From an uncultured Candidatus Saccharibacteria bacterium (GTDB lineage: Bacteria > Patescibacteriota > Minisyncoccia > Phycocordibacterales > CAIRYW01), in assembly GCA_964554765.1 (NCBI GenBank), contig CAZKPS010000002.1, positions 63,808 through 121,435 of the forward strand: a stretch of DNA of 57,628 nucleotides, read 5' to 3'. The notes beneath the pieces were generated by a model. The model had not been told where the DNA came from, ran no database searches, and worked only from the letters and a program-made list of their open reading frames with translations. How positions within the stretch are numbered: the first letter of the stretch is position 1; the number at the start of each line of letters is the position of its first letter. Positions 1 to 8,996 of the stretch are shown one piece after another. The translations under genes and the position numbers were made by a program.

Positions 1-2104
1 GGAACTCTGCAATACGTGAATAATCAAGCACTTCATCGAGAGCAGAGAATGCCTTGAGGACTGACGCATGTGAGATGATAAGTATATTTTTGCCTTTGTA
101 TTTGTTGTCTATTTCATAGAGAAATTCTCCCGCTCTTCTAATTACATCAGCATAAGATTCCCCCCCTTCGAAAGCGGAGTAATGGAATTTTTCTCCATAC
201 ACTTCATAAAGCTTAGTAAAGTATTCTTCGATTGATCGTCCATTCCAACCTCCTCCAACATTCCATTCCACAAGACGAGAATCTTCGATTATATGTTCCT
301 TTGTGATACCCAAACTATCGCACACCAAATGCATTGTTTCCTCAGTTCTTTTGAATGGTGAAACAAACACCAGGTCAGGCACAAATCCTTCTTCCTGCAA
401 TCTCTTTATTTCGTTTCTTATCACCTCCTTCCCATCTTCTGTAAGTGGTGCATTGTTCTTCGGGTCAAAATCCCAGACACCCTTGTTGTTGTTCTCGGTC
501 TTACCGTGTCGCATTGTCTTGTAGATATTGCCCGATTTCTTGGCATATTTTTTGAGAGTAGAGATCCTATCTACAACAACTCTCTCAGAACCATCTTCTG
601 AAAGCCAAATAGGAAGCGGTGTCCCCCAATATCTCTCACGAGAAATAGCCCAGTCTTTAATTTCTCGGAGCCACTCTCCGAATCTTCCTTCTTTTATGTA
701 TTCTGGCTCCCAGTTTATGTTTTTGTTTTCTTCTACTAGTCTGTCTCGGAGTTTGGACATACCGATATACCAAGAGTCCCGCGCATAGTAGATAAGCGGA
801 GTTTTACATCGCCAACAGTGTGGGTATGAGTGCGAATAGTTTTCTTGTTTGAAAAAATAGTTTTTCTCTTTTAGGTCATTAATGATATCTACCGCAACAA
901 GTGGCTTACCCTTTTCATCCACTTCTTTTACAAATCTTCCAGCGTATTTACCACACCATTCAAAGAAAGTTCCATCCTCTTTGACTGTGTGTTTTTTAGG
1001 AAGACCTTCTTTGTTAGCTAAACCGAAGTCATCATTACCATACATAGGGGCAATATGCACGACTCCTGTTCCATCTGTTGTAGTCACAAAGTCAGCAGCA
1101 TATATCTTAAATGCATTTTCTATATTGTCGGAACCAAAATTATCTTTCAGAAACGGAAAGAGTGGTTCGTATTCGAGACCAACAAGGTCCGATCCTCTCA
1201 TTTCTTCTAAAATTTCGTATCCCTCACCTAAAATTGAAAATCTCTCTTTTGCAAGAATTAAAATTTCTTCAACTTCTGAATTTTGACTTTCATTTTTGAG
1301 TTTCACCTTCCCAGGTACCATCTGCTGATGTGATTTTTGAGTTTTGACATAGACAATATCACTACCTACCGCCAAAGCAACATTCCCTGGCAAAGTCCAC
1401 GGAGTTGTGGTCCACGCCAAAATATATGTCGGGATTTCTGCATCCCCGCTTGCAAACTTGTGACTTGTGACTTGAAACTTTACAAAGACTGTTAAGTCTT
1501 TGACATCCTGATATCCTTGGGCAAGTTCGTGAGATGATAATCCAGTACCACATCGTGCGCACCAAGGTGCAATCCGATAATCTTTGTAGAGGAGGTTTTG
1601 TTCATTTACTTTGCCGACTACCCCCCAGAGACTTTCGATGTATGAGTTATGAAATGTAAAATATGCATTATCAAAATCTGCCCAATACCCAATACGCTCT
1701 GTAAAGCTTTTCCAGAGATCTATATATTCAAAAACACTTTCCTTACACTTTTTATTAAACGGAGCAACACCGTATTCTTCGATATCTTTTTTTGATTTGA
1801 ATCCCAAAGTCTTTTCTACCTGAAGCTCGACTGGGAGCCCGTGAGTATCCCATCCAGCGATTCGTGGTACATGGTACCCTCTCATTGTCTTGTATCGAGG
1901 TATCACATCTTTAAAAGACCGCGCCTCCACATGGTGAATACCAGGCTTTCCATTAGCTGTCGGTGGTCCCTCATAGAATACATAAGGTCCTTTTGGAGAA
2001 TCCTTTTGGAGGGTTTTTTTGAAAATATTATTCTCACGCCAGAATTTGAGTATTGTCTCTTCCCGCTCTGCTTGAGGGCTTTTTGATCTTGATGCATTAT
2101 CCAT
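1..2104 (-). CDS. ileS: Isoleucyl-tRNA synthetase, N-terminal about 700 aa. The ORF runs off the left window edge, so it is absent from the ORF track. A histidine-phosphatase-like domain is embedded after the GTPLPIW motif.
   Basis: Manual minus-strand translation from ATG 2102-2104: MDNASRSKSPQAEREETILKFWRENNIF..PPTANGKPGIHH..GWDTHGLPVE..TTPWTLPGN..WAISRERYWGTPLPIW. It then continues KTMRHGKTENN..FVSPFKRTEET..ISHASVL to the window edge. Confidence 0.85.
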   Translation of the reverse strand, partial: MDNASRSKSPQAEREETILKFWRENNIFKKTLQKDSPKGPYVFYEGPPTANGKPGIHHVEARSFKDVIPRYKTMRGYHVPRIAGWDTHGLPVELQVEKTLGFKSKKDIEEYGVAPFNKKCKESVFEYIDLWKSFTERIGYWADFDNAYFTFHNSYIESLWGVVGKVNEQNLLYKDYRIAPWCARCGTGLSSHELAQGYQDVKDLTVFVKFQVTSHKFASGDAEIPTYILAWTTTPWTLPGNVALAVGSDIVYVKTQKSHQQMVPGKVKLKNESQNSEVEEILILAKERFSILGEGYEILEEMRGSDLVGLEYEPLFPFLKDNFGSDNIENAFKIYAADFVTTTDGTGVVHIAPMYGNDDFGLANKEGLPKKHTVKEDGTFFEWCGKYAGRFVKEVDEKGKPLVAVDIINDLKEKNYFFKQENYSHSYPHCWRCKTPLIYYARDSWYIGMSKLRDRLVEENKNINWEPEYIKEGRFGEWLREIKDWAISRERYWGTPLPIWLSEDGSERVVVDRISTLKKYAKKSGNIYKTMRHGKTENNNKGVWDFDPKNNAPLTEDGKEVIRNEIKRLQEEGFVPDLVFVSPFKRTEETMHLVCDSLGITKEHIIEDSRLVEWNVGGGWNGRSIEEYFTKLYEVYGEKFHYSAFEGGESYADVIRRAGEFLYEIDNKYKGKNILIISHASVLKAFSALDEVLDYSRIAEF

Positions 2105-2202
2105 TTCGACATATTAGCATTTTTTACCCTGTTTTCAAAAACAACAGGACCGCCCTTGCGGGTACGCAAAGGCGGTCCTGTTTTAAACAAAAGGTGTGCC
2201 TA

Positions 2203-3231
2203 CTACCCAAACATCACTGCATAGACAATGCTCGCCACAAACGCGACAACAAAAAACACAACACCAAATCCAATAATAGATTTAAGGTATTTTCGAGTCT
2301 TTGCATATTTTGCCTCTTCGAATGGTGTCGCTGACATCTTTACACTTCTCCAGAGGTAATAATTCATCACCACAGAAAAACTTATACCAATGATACCTGC
2401 AATCATTGTCATAACATCAAGAAGCACCGAAACAGGAGTTGATGGCGAAGTAATCATCGGCTCCTGATGGAGCACCATCACTTGAAAATACAAGTCACCA
2501 AGACTCTGATAAATAATCGTCGCGTTAATGGGTGCCACGAGAATTAATGCCGGAATAATAGTAATAACCGAAATTCCTGTAGATCTCCAAAATACAGCAA
2601 ACTCTTTTCCGGATGCCAAAAGAAAACTATTCACAACAGCATCAAGCCCAGTCCTCTTATCAAAGAAATAGACATAGATAGAAAACATTCCCCTCACAAA
2701 GAAAATGATTGTGTATTTCACCACAACATAGAGAAGAGACACAATGAGTGCAATATTGAGCACTGTACTCAAAGATGGATAGCTCGAAATAGTATCAATA
2801 AGTAATGAGCCAAGAAGGAATATTGCACCTGACACTAGGAATACAATAGAAACAAATCCAAAATTAAGAACACCAATCAAAAACAATACAATGGAGATTG
2901 GGACAATCGCTTTTATGATAGACCAATACCACAAAGTAGGCTTTTGGATTCGTTCTCCTGAAATAACTTGCTCTACTACACATGGTGCCCCGAGTGTAAG
3001 TATTTTTACAAGCGAAGAAAAAATAAATCCAAAAATAGTGAACAGAATCACAGACACTATTACCGCAAGTGAGTCTGATTGCGGAATCAAATCGAGAACA
3101 ATAAAGCAAATGAGCACCGCTATTTCAATAGGAAGAAAAAGCAAGACGATAGTTTTCCAGTTTGTTTTATAAAATACCCAAGAACTCTTACAGATTTCTT
3201 TAAATGAAGTTAATTTTAGATTGTGTCCCAT
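2203..3231 (-). CDS. Multi-pass integral membrane protein, unknown function
   Basis: 342 aa ORF, almost entirely hydrophobic helices; no recognisable motif. Confidence 0.55.
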   Translation of the reverse strand: MGHNLKLTSFKEICKSSWVFYKTNWKTIVLLFLPIEIAVLICFIVLDLIPQSDSLAVIVSVILFTIFGFIFSSLVKILTLGAPCVVEQVISGERIQKPTLWYWSIIKAIVPISIVLFLIGVLNFGFVSIVFLVSGAIFLLGSLLIDTISSYPSLSTVLNIALIVSLLYVVVKYTIIFFVRGMFSIYVYFFDKRTGLDAVVNSFLLASGKEFAVFWRSTGISVITIIPALILVAPINATIIYQSLGDLYFQVMVLHQEPMITSPSTPVSVLLDVMTMIAGIIGISFSVVMNYYLWRSVKMSATPFEEAKYAKTRKYLKSIIGFGVVFFVVAFVASIVYAVMFG

Positions 3232-3491
3232 CCCGTTAAAAATATGAGCAATTATTAATATATCACTATTGTACAGTTAGACACCCCAATAATCCAGACC
3301 GTTCACCTAATATGCAATCAAACATTGATTGCACCAACATCCCGGCGGAGTGGTATGATGTCTTTAGAGACTTCGGAGGCGGGTAGCCGAGACTTGCACC
3401 ACAAGAGCACTTCTTATTTGCTAACTCAGTGAATACACCTCAGTAAGCAAATAATGTCGAACAAAAAATCAAGCTTGATTTTATGCGTGCT

Positions 3492-4406
3492 CTAAAGACA
3501 TCGTGCTGCGGAGCACTCTTTGCATTTTTCACTACACCAAGGCTTTCCATTCTCATCGAGACACTTCTCACAGCAGAGCATTCGAGCATTGCACTCTGGT
3601 CGAGCACAGTTCTGGTAGTTTTCGGTTTTTGATTCACAGAATTTGCACTTTCCTACGATTTCTCGGTCTCCCCCAAAATCCATCACCACTCGCCCATCGA
3701 ATGTATAGAGTGCCCCGAGGAAATCTTCACCGGGAAATGCCTCCATGTATTTGTGCATTCCACCATCAAGCTGATAGACATCTTTAAAGCCTTTTTTGAT
3801 CAAGAACCCTGATGCCTTCTCGCATCGCACTCCCCCGGTGCATACTGTTAAGACTTTTTTATCCTTAATGTTTGAGATCTCATCAAGCTTCTTTGGAAGG
3901 TCACGGAAATTTTCAAGTTTTGGGTTGATAGAGTTTTTGAAATGCCCTACATCAAATTCATAATCATTTCGCATATCGACGACGACAAAGTCCTCACCCT
4001 TTTCATACCATTTTTTGAGTTCCTGCGGTTTGAGATGTACACCTGTCTGATGTCGTGGATCAACATCATCCTCTCCGAGATGAAGTGACACAATCTCTGG
4101 ACGAACTTTGATTTTAAGTTTCGGAAATGCACTTCCTGTCCCCACACTATCTTTAAACTGAATGTCACTAAAGTTACCCATCCCTTTTGTCTTTGGATCT
4201 TGGTTTAGCTCTGTGAGCATTTTTCGATATTTAAGAGTATTTGCAGTTGTACCTTCAAGAGTTCCGTTGATCCCCTCTCTTGCAATAATGATTCGCCCCT
4301 TGAGATCGAGAGCTTCGCACACAGCTTTGTGCCAGACCAAAAGTGCCTCCGGATTTTCGATTGGGGTGTATTTGTAATATAGGATAATAGTGTATTCGTT
4401 TTTCAT
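3492..4406 (-). CDS. trhO: Rhodanese-domain tRNA uridine(34) hydroxylase-like protein (YceA/TrhO, UPF0176) with a Cys-rich C-terminal tail
   Basis: MKNEYTIILYYKY..GRIIIAREGINGT..CTGGVRCEK. The start was moved to the internal ATG at 4404-4406; the track ORF extension to 4544 is low-complexity. Confidence 0.8.
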   Translation of the reverse strand: MKNEYTIILYYKYTPIENPEALLVWHKAVCEALDLKGRIIIAREGINGTLEGTTANTLKYRKMLTELNQDPKTKGMGNFSDIQFKDSVGTGSAFPKLKIKVRPEIVSLHLGEDDVDPRHQTGVHLKPQELKKWYEKGEDFVVVDMRNDYEFDVGHFKNSINPKLENFRDLPKKLDEISNIKDKKVLTVCTGGVRCEKASGFLIKKGFKDVYQLDGGMHKYMEAFPGEDFLGALYTFDGRVVMDFGGDREIVGKCKFCESKTENYQNCARPECNARMLCCEKCLDENGKPWCSEKCKECSAARCL

Positions 4407-4540
4407 ATTGTGTATATTAGGGGAAAAGAGAGGAAAATTCAAGGCAAATTGAATATCGAATATTGAATATAGTATAAAATACTTGAACATAAAAAAGCGA
4501 AGAGGTTTAACTCTTCGCTGAACATTGAGGATGCCGAGAA

Positions 4541-5155
4541 TCATGCAACCAACGGAAAGCCGCGACTTTCCAAGAACTCTGCAATGCGAGCATCATACGC
4601 ACTCGTATGTCTGAAGACTTTGCACGCGAGATGCTCGCGCGTACGAAGCGCCGTATTGCCAGTCCCCTTCATGTCATTCAACACGAGATTGTAATCGTCC
4701 GGATCGACGACCACAGTCACCCACCGATGATTCTTTGCCGCGGAACGCAGCATGGACGGGCCACCAATGTCGATGTTCTCGATAGCTTCTTCGAGGGCAA
4801 CACCCTTCTTGGCAACGGTCTGCTCGAAGGGATAAAGATTCACCACCACGAGATCAATCGGGTGAATGAAGTATGATGCTGCGTTGCGCTGATCAGTTTC
4901 GTTGTCCCGACGCTGGAGAAGGCCACCATGAATTTTCGGATGAAGCGTCTTCACGCGACCGTCGAACATCTCGGGAAAGCCCGTGTAGTCCGAAACGTCG
5001 ATGATGGTAAGTCCCGCATCTTTGAGGTGTTTGGCCGTGCCGCCGGTGGAAAGCAGCTCAATATTGTGTGCAGCGAGACCTCGGGCGAAGTCAACGAGGC
5101 CGGTTTTGTCGGAGACAGAGAGCAAGGCTCTCGCAATAGGTGTGTTTCGTTTCAT
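4541..5155 (-). CDS. Stand-alone IMP cyclohydrolase / MGS-like domain (N-terminal domain of PurH); no AICAR transformylase domain
   Basis: [63 protein letters not shown]. Only 204 aa; visibly GC-richer than its flanks. Confidence 0.75.
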   Translation of the reverse strand: MKRNTPIARALLSVSDKTGLVDFARGLAAHNIELLSTGGTAKHLKDAGLTIIDVSDYTGFPEMFDGRVKTLHPKIHGGLLQRRDNETDQRNAASYFIHPIDLVVVNLYPFEQTVAKKGVALEEAIENIDIGGPSMLRSAAKNHRWVTVVVDPDDYNLVLNDMKGTGNTALRTREHLACKVFRHTSAYDARIAEFLESRGFPLVA

Positions 5156-5385
5156 GAGAAAAAGCCGGTTGATTTAAGGTACGGCTGTGGTAAATCTACT
5201 CTGAAAATACTGAAAGTCAAATAGCGCTCCGCAAAATACTTTCTCCGAAGCACACATAAAATTCTGTTGAATTTTTGCTCAATCTCGCCCGCCCGGCTCC
5301 TTGCCCTATATAATCTGCTTTTACTATTGCAGATTATTAAGGGCGAGTCTCTTCAAAAAGTATTTTGACTCCGCTCCGGTGTTAA

Positions 5386-5427
5386 ATTCAAAATGCACGG
5401 CGCCTTTAGGCGCCGTGCATTTTGAAT
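5386..5427. terminator. GC-core palindromic hairpin, copy 1 of a 4-member family (ATGCACGGCGCC-tta-GGCGCCGTGCAT)
   Basis: attcaaaatgcacggcgcctttaggcgccgtgcattttgaat, about 40 nt downstream of the DoxX stop codon. Confidence 0.6.
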
Positions 5428-5464
5428 TGTATTTCCCTAACAACTGATAGCTAGTAGCTAAGAG

Positions 5465-5956
5465 CTATTTAGAACATTTCTCACAATCTCCACACTTCCC
5501 CTCTTCGCATCCCATTACACTACACACTTTGCAAGAAGCATCATTTTTATGACACTTACACCATTTTGAAAGTCCATATCGTCCAGCACCTGCACACATA
5601 AGCGCGAGGTTTGCTCCGAGAAGAGCAAGGTCGACCTCCGCTGCAGCAAATTTACCGAGCGCAGTTGGTCCACCGAATTTATACTTTACCATCACAATAG
5701 CGACGATAAGAATAATTGAGAGGAGTGCAGACGCGTACTGTACAAAGAGTCCAAGTACAAGAGCTGCTCCACCGAGAGCCTCAACGATTGCTACAACATA
5801 TGCCCAGAATGAGTTAAGTCCAATCTGTGAAAAGAACCCGATAGTCCCCTCCATATTTGTAAGTTTCTGAATACCATGAACAAGAAAGATTCCTCCCACA
5901 AAGAGTCGGAGTATCAAAAGTCCAAGACTTTTATTTTTATAACAACACATTTTCAT
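5465..5956 (-). CDS. DoxX-family membrane protein with a Cys-rich C-terminal tail
   Basis: LLILRLFVGGIFLVHGIQKL..EALGGAALVLGLF. The tail KWCKCHKNDASCKVCSVMGCEEGKCGDCEKCSK has 10 Cys in 33 aa. Confidence 0.7.
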   Translation of the reverse strand: MKMCCYKNKSLGLLILRLFVGGIFLVHGIQKLTNMEGTIGFFSQIGLNSFWAYVVAIVEALGGAALVLGLFVQYASALLSIILIVAIVMVKYKFGGPTALGKFAAAEVDLALLGANLALMCAGAGRYGLSKWCKCHKNDASCKVCSVMGCEEGKCGDCEKCSK

Positions 5957-6074
5957 AAAGATTAATTTTAGTAACTAATAATTAACACTCTTTTGAGTGA
6001 GGTAATTATAACACGAATACAAGTCAGAAGTGAAAGGTCAAAAGTCAAAAATATAAGTTAAAATTCAAAATTAT

Positions 6075-6107
6075 GAAGCCAGTGCCCACAGAGTGGGCAC
6101 TGGCTTC
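6075..6107 (-). terminator. Hairpin terminator after argS
   Basis: gaagccagtgcccacagagtgggcactggcttc, flanked by A/T runs. Confidence 0.6.
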
Positions 6108-6162
6108 ACTTTTAACTTTTTAATTAAATTTTTGAGTTCTGCCTTTTGAACTTTGACTTATT

Positions 6163-7854
6163 TTACATTCTGGTGAGAACCGGTATCCCAAGTAATTCCA
6201 ATCCCCTTTTCATTACAATACTAAACGCTTTTGTAATTGCTACTTTGTATGGAGCTTCTGGAGCGTCACTAACAATAACTCCCTCAGCATAGAAACTACT
6301 GAATACTGATGCCACTTCCATGAGGTATGTCGCAATATAATGTGCAGAATATTCTGCACCGGCTCGAGACACGACTTCAGGAAATCGATAAAGAATCTTT
6401 TCAATGTGTGAAATATGCTCTGGTGAATTATCAAATGAAATTTTGATTCCTTGTGCTTCAGCTTTTTCGATAATAGAAAATGCACGGACATATGCATATT
6501 GAAGATACGGACCAGAATCCCCTTTGAGATTCAGAATCTCATCCCAATCAAACACAATATCTTCAGAACTCTTTCGTTTTATATCATTAAACTTAAGAGC
6601 CCCTATCGCCACTTCCTTTGCTGTCTCTTTATTTATCTCCCCTGCTCTTTTGATCGCTTCTTCGATCACATCTTCAAGCCATATAACATTTCCTTTTCGA
6701 GTACTCATCTTACCTTCTTTGAACCGATAGAGTCCGTGTGCCACATGCACACGCTGCCCATCACGAACCCAGCCAAGCATTTTTTCGACTTCAAAGAGTT
6801 GCTTGAAATAAAGAGACTGCTCACCACCCACTTCATTGATAATTTTTACATCATTCCCATATTCACTTCGTCTCCAATAATCTGTCGCTAGATCTCGCGT
6901 TGCATAGAGTGTCGATCCATCAGTCTTTTTGATCATAAGTGGAGGAAGTTTATCTTCATCAAAAAACACAAGAGTTGCACCCTCGCTTTCTTTTAAAAGT
7001 TTTTTGTCTTCGAGCTCTTTTAGAATTGTCGGGATGAATTCTCCATAGACACTCTCACCTCTCCATGTATCAAAACTATTCACACCAAGTGCAAAATAAA
7101 TTTCTTTAAACGATGCGAGCGATCTCTCAATACAGAAAGACCAGATTTCTTTTGCCTCATTGTCTCCCGCTTCAAGTTTTACAAACCATTCTCTCCCTTC
7201 GTCTTCAAGAGTCGGATCCTTTTCGGCTTCATCGTGGAATTTGATATAGAGATTTACTAAATCATGAATTGGCTTTTCACTTTTTTTAATTTCTTCAATG
7301 TTACCCCATCTTTTGATAGCTACAATCATTTTACCGAACTGTGTTCCCCAATCGCCCAAATGATTATCGCGAATAACACTATATCCAAGAGCAGAAACGA
7401 TATTTGCAACAGCGTCACCAATGATAGTAGATCGGAGGTGTCCTACAGTAAAAGGTTTTGCAATGTTCGGTGAAGAATATTCGACTACCACCTTCTGACC
7501 ATCACCGATGTTAGAATTTCCAAAATTCTCATCCTTTATTATTTCTCCAATACTTTCAGCAAAAAACTCTCGTGAGAGATAGAAGTTAATAAATCCAGCT
7601 CCAGCAACCTCTATCTTTTCAATCTCTTTTATCCCTTCTTCATTTTTGATTTTTGAGATTTGATTTTTGATTTGCTCCGCGACTTCTCGAGGGGATTTAC
7701 CGAGAGCTTTTGCATACATAAGTGCCACATTAGTCGAATAGTCTCCATTTTTTATATCATCCGGATGTTCAAGGTTAACCACAGCCAAATCCAAGCCGAG
7801 TTCTCCCCCCACTTTCTTTATTAATTCCTTTATTTTATTAGCAATATCAATCAC
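6163..7854 (-). CDS. argS: Arginyl-tRNA synthetase
   Basis: 563 aa; SSPNIAKPFTVGHLRSTIIGDA; C-terminal DALR-type region ending ..GIPVLTRM. Confidence 0.95.
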   Translation of the reverse strand: MIDIANKIKELIKKVGGELGLDLAVVNLEHPDDIKNGDYSTNVALMYAKALGKSPREVAEQIKNQISKIKNEEGIKEIEKIEVAGAGFINFYLSREFFAESIGEIIKDENFGNSNIGDGQKVVVEYSSPNIAKPFTVGHLRSTIIGDAVANIVSALGYSVIRDNHLGDWGTQFGKMIVAIKRWGNIEEIKKSEKPIHDLVNLYIKFHDEAEKDPTLEDEGREWFVKLEAGDNEAKEIWSFCIERSLASFKEIYFALGVNSFDTWRGESVYGEFIPTILKELEDKKLLKESEGATLVFFDEDKLPPLMIKKTDGSTLYATRDLATDYWRRSEYGNDVKIINEVGGEQSLYFKQLFEVEKMLGWVRDGQRVHVAHGLYRFKEGKMSTRKGNVIWLEDVIEEAIKRAGEINKETAKEVAIGALKFNDIKRKSSEDIVFDWDEILNLKGDSGPYLQYAYVRAFSIIEKAEAQGIKISFDNSPEHISHIEKILYRFPEVVSRAGAEYSAHYIATYLMEVASVFSSFYAEGVIVSDAPEAPYKVAITKAFSIVMKRGLELLGIPVLTRM

Positions 7855-7872
7855 ACCATCATTTAACCATTA

Positions 7873-7890
7873 TTTGCCAAAAGAGGCAAA
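7873..7890 (+). promoter_or_regulatory. Conserved small palindromic motif TTGCC-AAAAGA-GGCAA, copy 1 of 4. Other copies are at 8261-8278, 8597-8618 and 8894-8915.
   Basis: tttgccaaaagaggcaaa is identical at 7873 and 8261. Degenerate copies are ttgttgccaaaaataagcaaaa and cttgttgccaaaattagcaaca. Copies 1-3 each lie 25-65 nt upstream of a small membrane-protein ORF; copy 4 precedes a stub with no ATG. Confidence 0.45.
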
Positions 7891-7936
7891 AAAAGTAATA
7901 TGATTATGAGCCAAATCAACAGTCCTTTCTCTCACC

Positions 7937-8191
7937 ATGAACACAATCATCTCATATCTTTTTCCACTACTCATTAATACCACTATCTTGTCTATCACAC
8001 TTACAATCATCAGGGTGAAATTTTCAAGAACGATTAACAAACTTAAAATGCGCCAGGGAGTGGATGAAAGACAACTTCACAACATGTATGCTATCGATTG
8101 GCTACTCGCTGCATTCTTTTTTGGAGTTTTGATTGTCACACTGATTATTGCAGGATCACTCCTCATCTGTCTGTGGATTACTCATTCATAA
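7937..8191 (+). CDS. Small two-TM membrane protein
   Basis: 84 aa with two hydrophobic segments; preceded by the TTGCCAAAAGAGGCAA motif. Confidence 0.4.
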   Translation: MNTIISYLFPLLINTTILSITLTIIRVKFSRTINKLKMRQGVDERQLHNMYAIDWLLAAFFFGVLIVTLIIAGSLLICLWITHS

Positions 8192-8303
8192 CCGTTAGTA
8201 TTCCTGCGAACAAAATATGACACAATGCACCCAACCATTGTGTTGTTTTTTATTTCAGAATTTGCCAAAAGAGGCAAAAATATGTAGTGTTGTTTCAGAA
8301 CCT

Positions 8304-8588
8304 ATGACGACTCTCATTATCATTGTTGCGATTGTTGGGTATGGATTTACATTTCTCTCCTTGTTTCGCATGAATCTTGTGTACTCAAAATACTGGAAAC
8401 TGCACAGCAAACAACAGAAGACCGAAGTGGATGATCCAGAACATGCTCGGGTTATAGAATTCAAAAGAGAGATATTGCCCGCAGCACTACATTCATACTA
8501 TGGTTGGGCTGCACTTCTGTCTGCCGTAGGCACAACAGTTCTTCTCGTAATCCTCGCAATCATCGCCCTCATTCAATCATTTGGATAG
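8304..8588 (+). CDS. Small two-TM membrane protein
   Basis: Start moved to ATG 8304 (MTTLIIIVAIVGYGF). The track ORF start at 8217 would place the conserved upstream motif inside the coding sequence. Confidence 0.4.
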   Translation: MTTLIIIVAIVGYGFTFLSLFRMNLVYSKYWKLHSKQQKTEVDDPEHARVIEFKREILPAALHSYYGWAALLSAVGTTVLLVILAIIALIQSFG

Positions 8589-8643
8589 AGGGATTTTTGT
8601 TGCCAAAAATAAGCAAAATGAGTATCCTATACACAGCAACATC

Positions 8644-8877
8644 ATGAACCTTGTCATAATATGCTATATTTGTAGCGCCATATTCTTTTGTCTGTTTTTA
8701 TCTCTGTCCTTCCGATACATATTGAACAGAAGCGAGTTTGCCTACGTATATATGACCCCTTGCGCGTGGACTTTTCTTTTATTTTTTACTGTTGCAAGCG
8801 CAATACTTGTAATAACTAGAATATTCCCTTCTTCCATTCTTTGGTTGGAGGAATTTTTTATAAATTCTAATTTGTAA
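8644..8877 (+). CDS. Small two-TM membrane protein
   Basis: Start moved to ATG 8644 (MNLVIICYICSAIFF), downstream of motif copy 3. Confidence 0.35.
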   Translation: MNLVIICYICSAIFFCLFLSLSFRYILNRSEFAYVYMTPCAWTFLLFFTVASAILVITRIFPSSILWLEEFFINSNL

Positions 8878-8996
8878 AATGTACTAGAGTGAACTTGTTG
8901 CCAAAATTAGCAACACACAACATCACAGCAATCGCCCTATTCGTTCTTGTCATCGTTGATCTTGTACTTCTGTATCCCTGAGACCAGGAGCGTTTT

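Noticed and set aside
1-2104. No long ORF is listed in the track for the first 2.1 kb, which could suggest an alternative genetic code or a non-coding region.
   Set aside because: Manual translation of the minus strand gives one uninterrupted IleRS frame from ATG 2104 to the window edge. It is missing from the track only because it has no stop codon inside the window. All other genes read cleanly in the standard code.
3232-3491. A TPP-like or cobalamin-like riboswitch, based on fragments such as CUGAG and GGUCUGGAUUAUUGGGG on the minus strand.
   Set aside because: Only short partial resemblances exist, and I could not build the conserved helices or junctions. It is reported only as an unexplained region.
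4407-4544. N-terminal extensions of track ORFs: trhO to 4544, dCMP deaminase to 11730, pilM to 53134, and the wHTH gene from 38165.
   Set aside because: The extensions are low-complexity, overlap neighbouring genes or conserved hairpins, and internal ATGs match the family N-termini.
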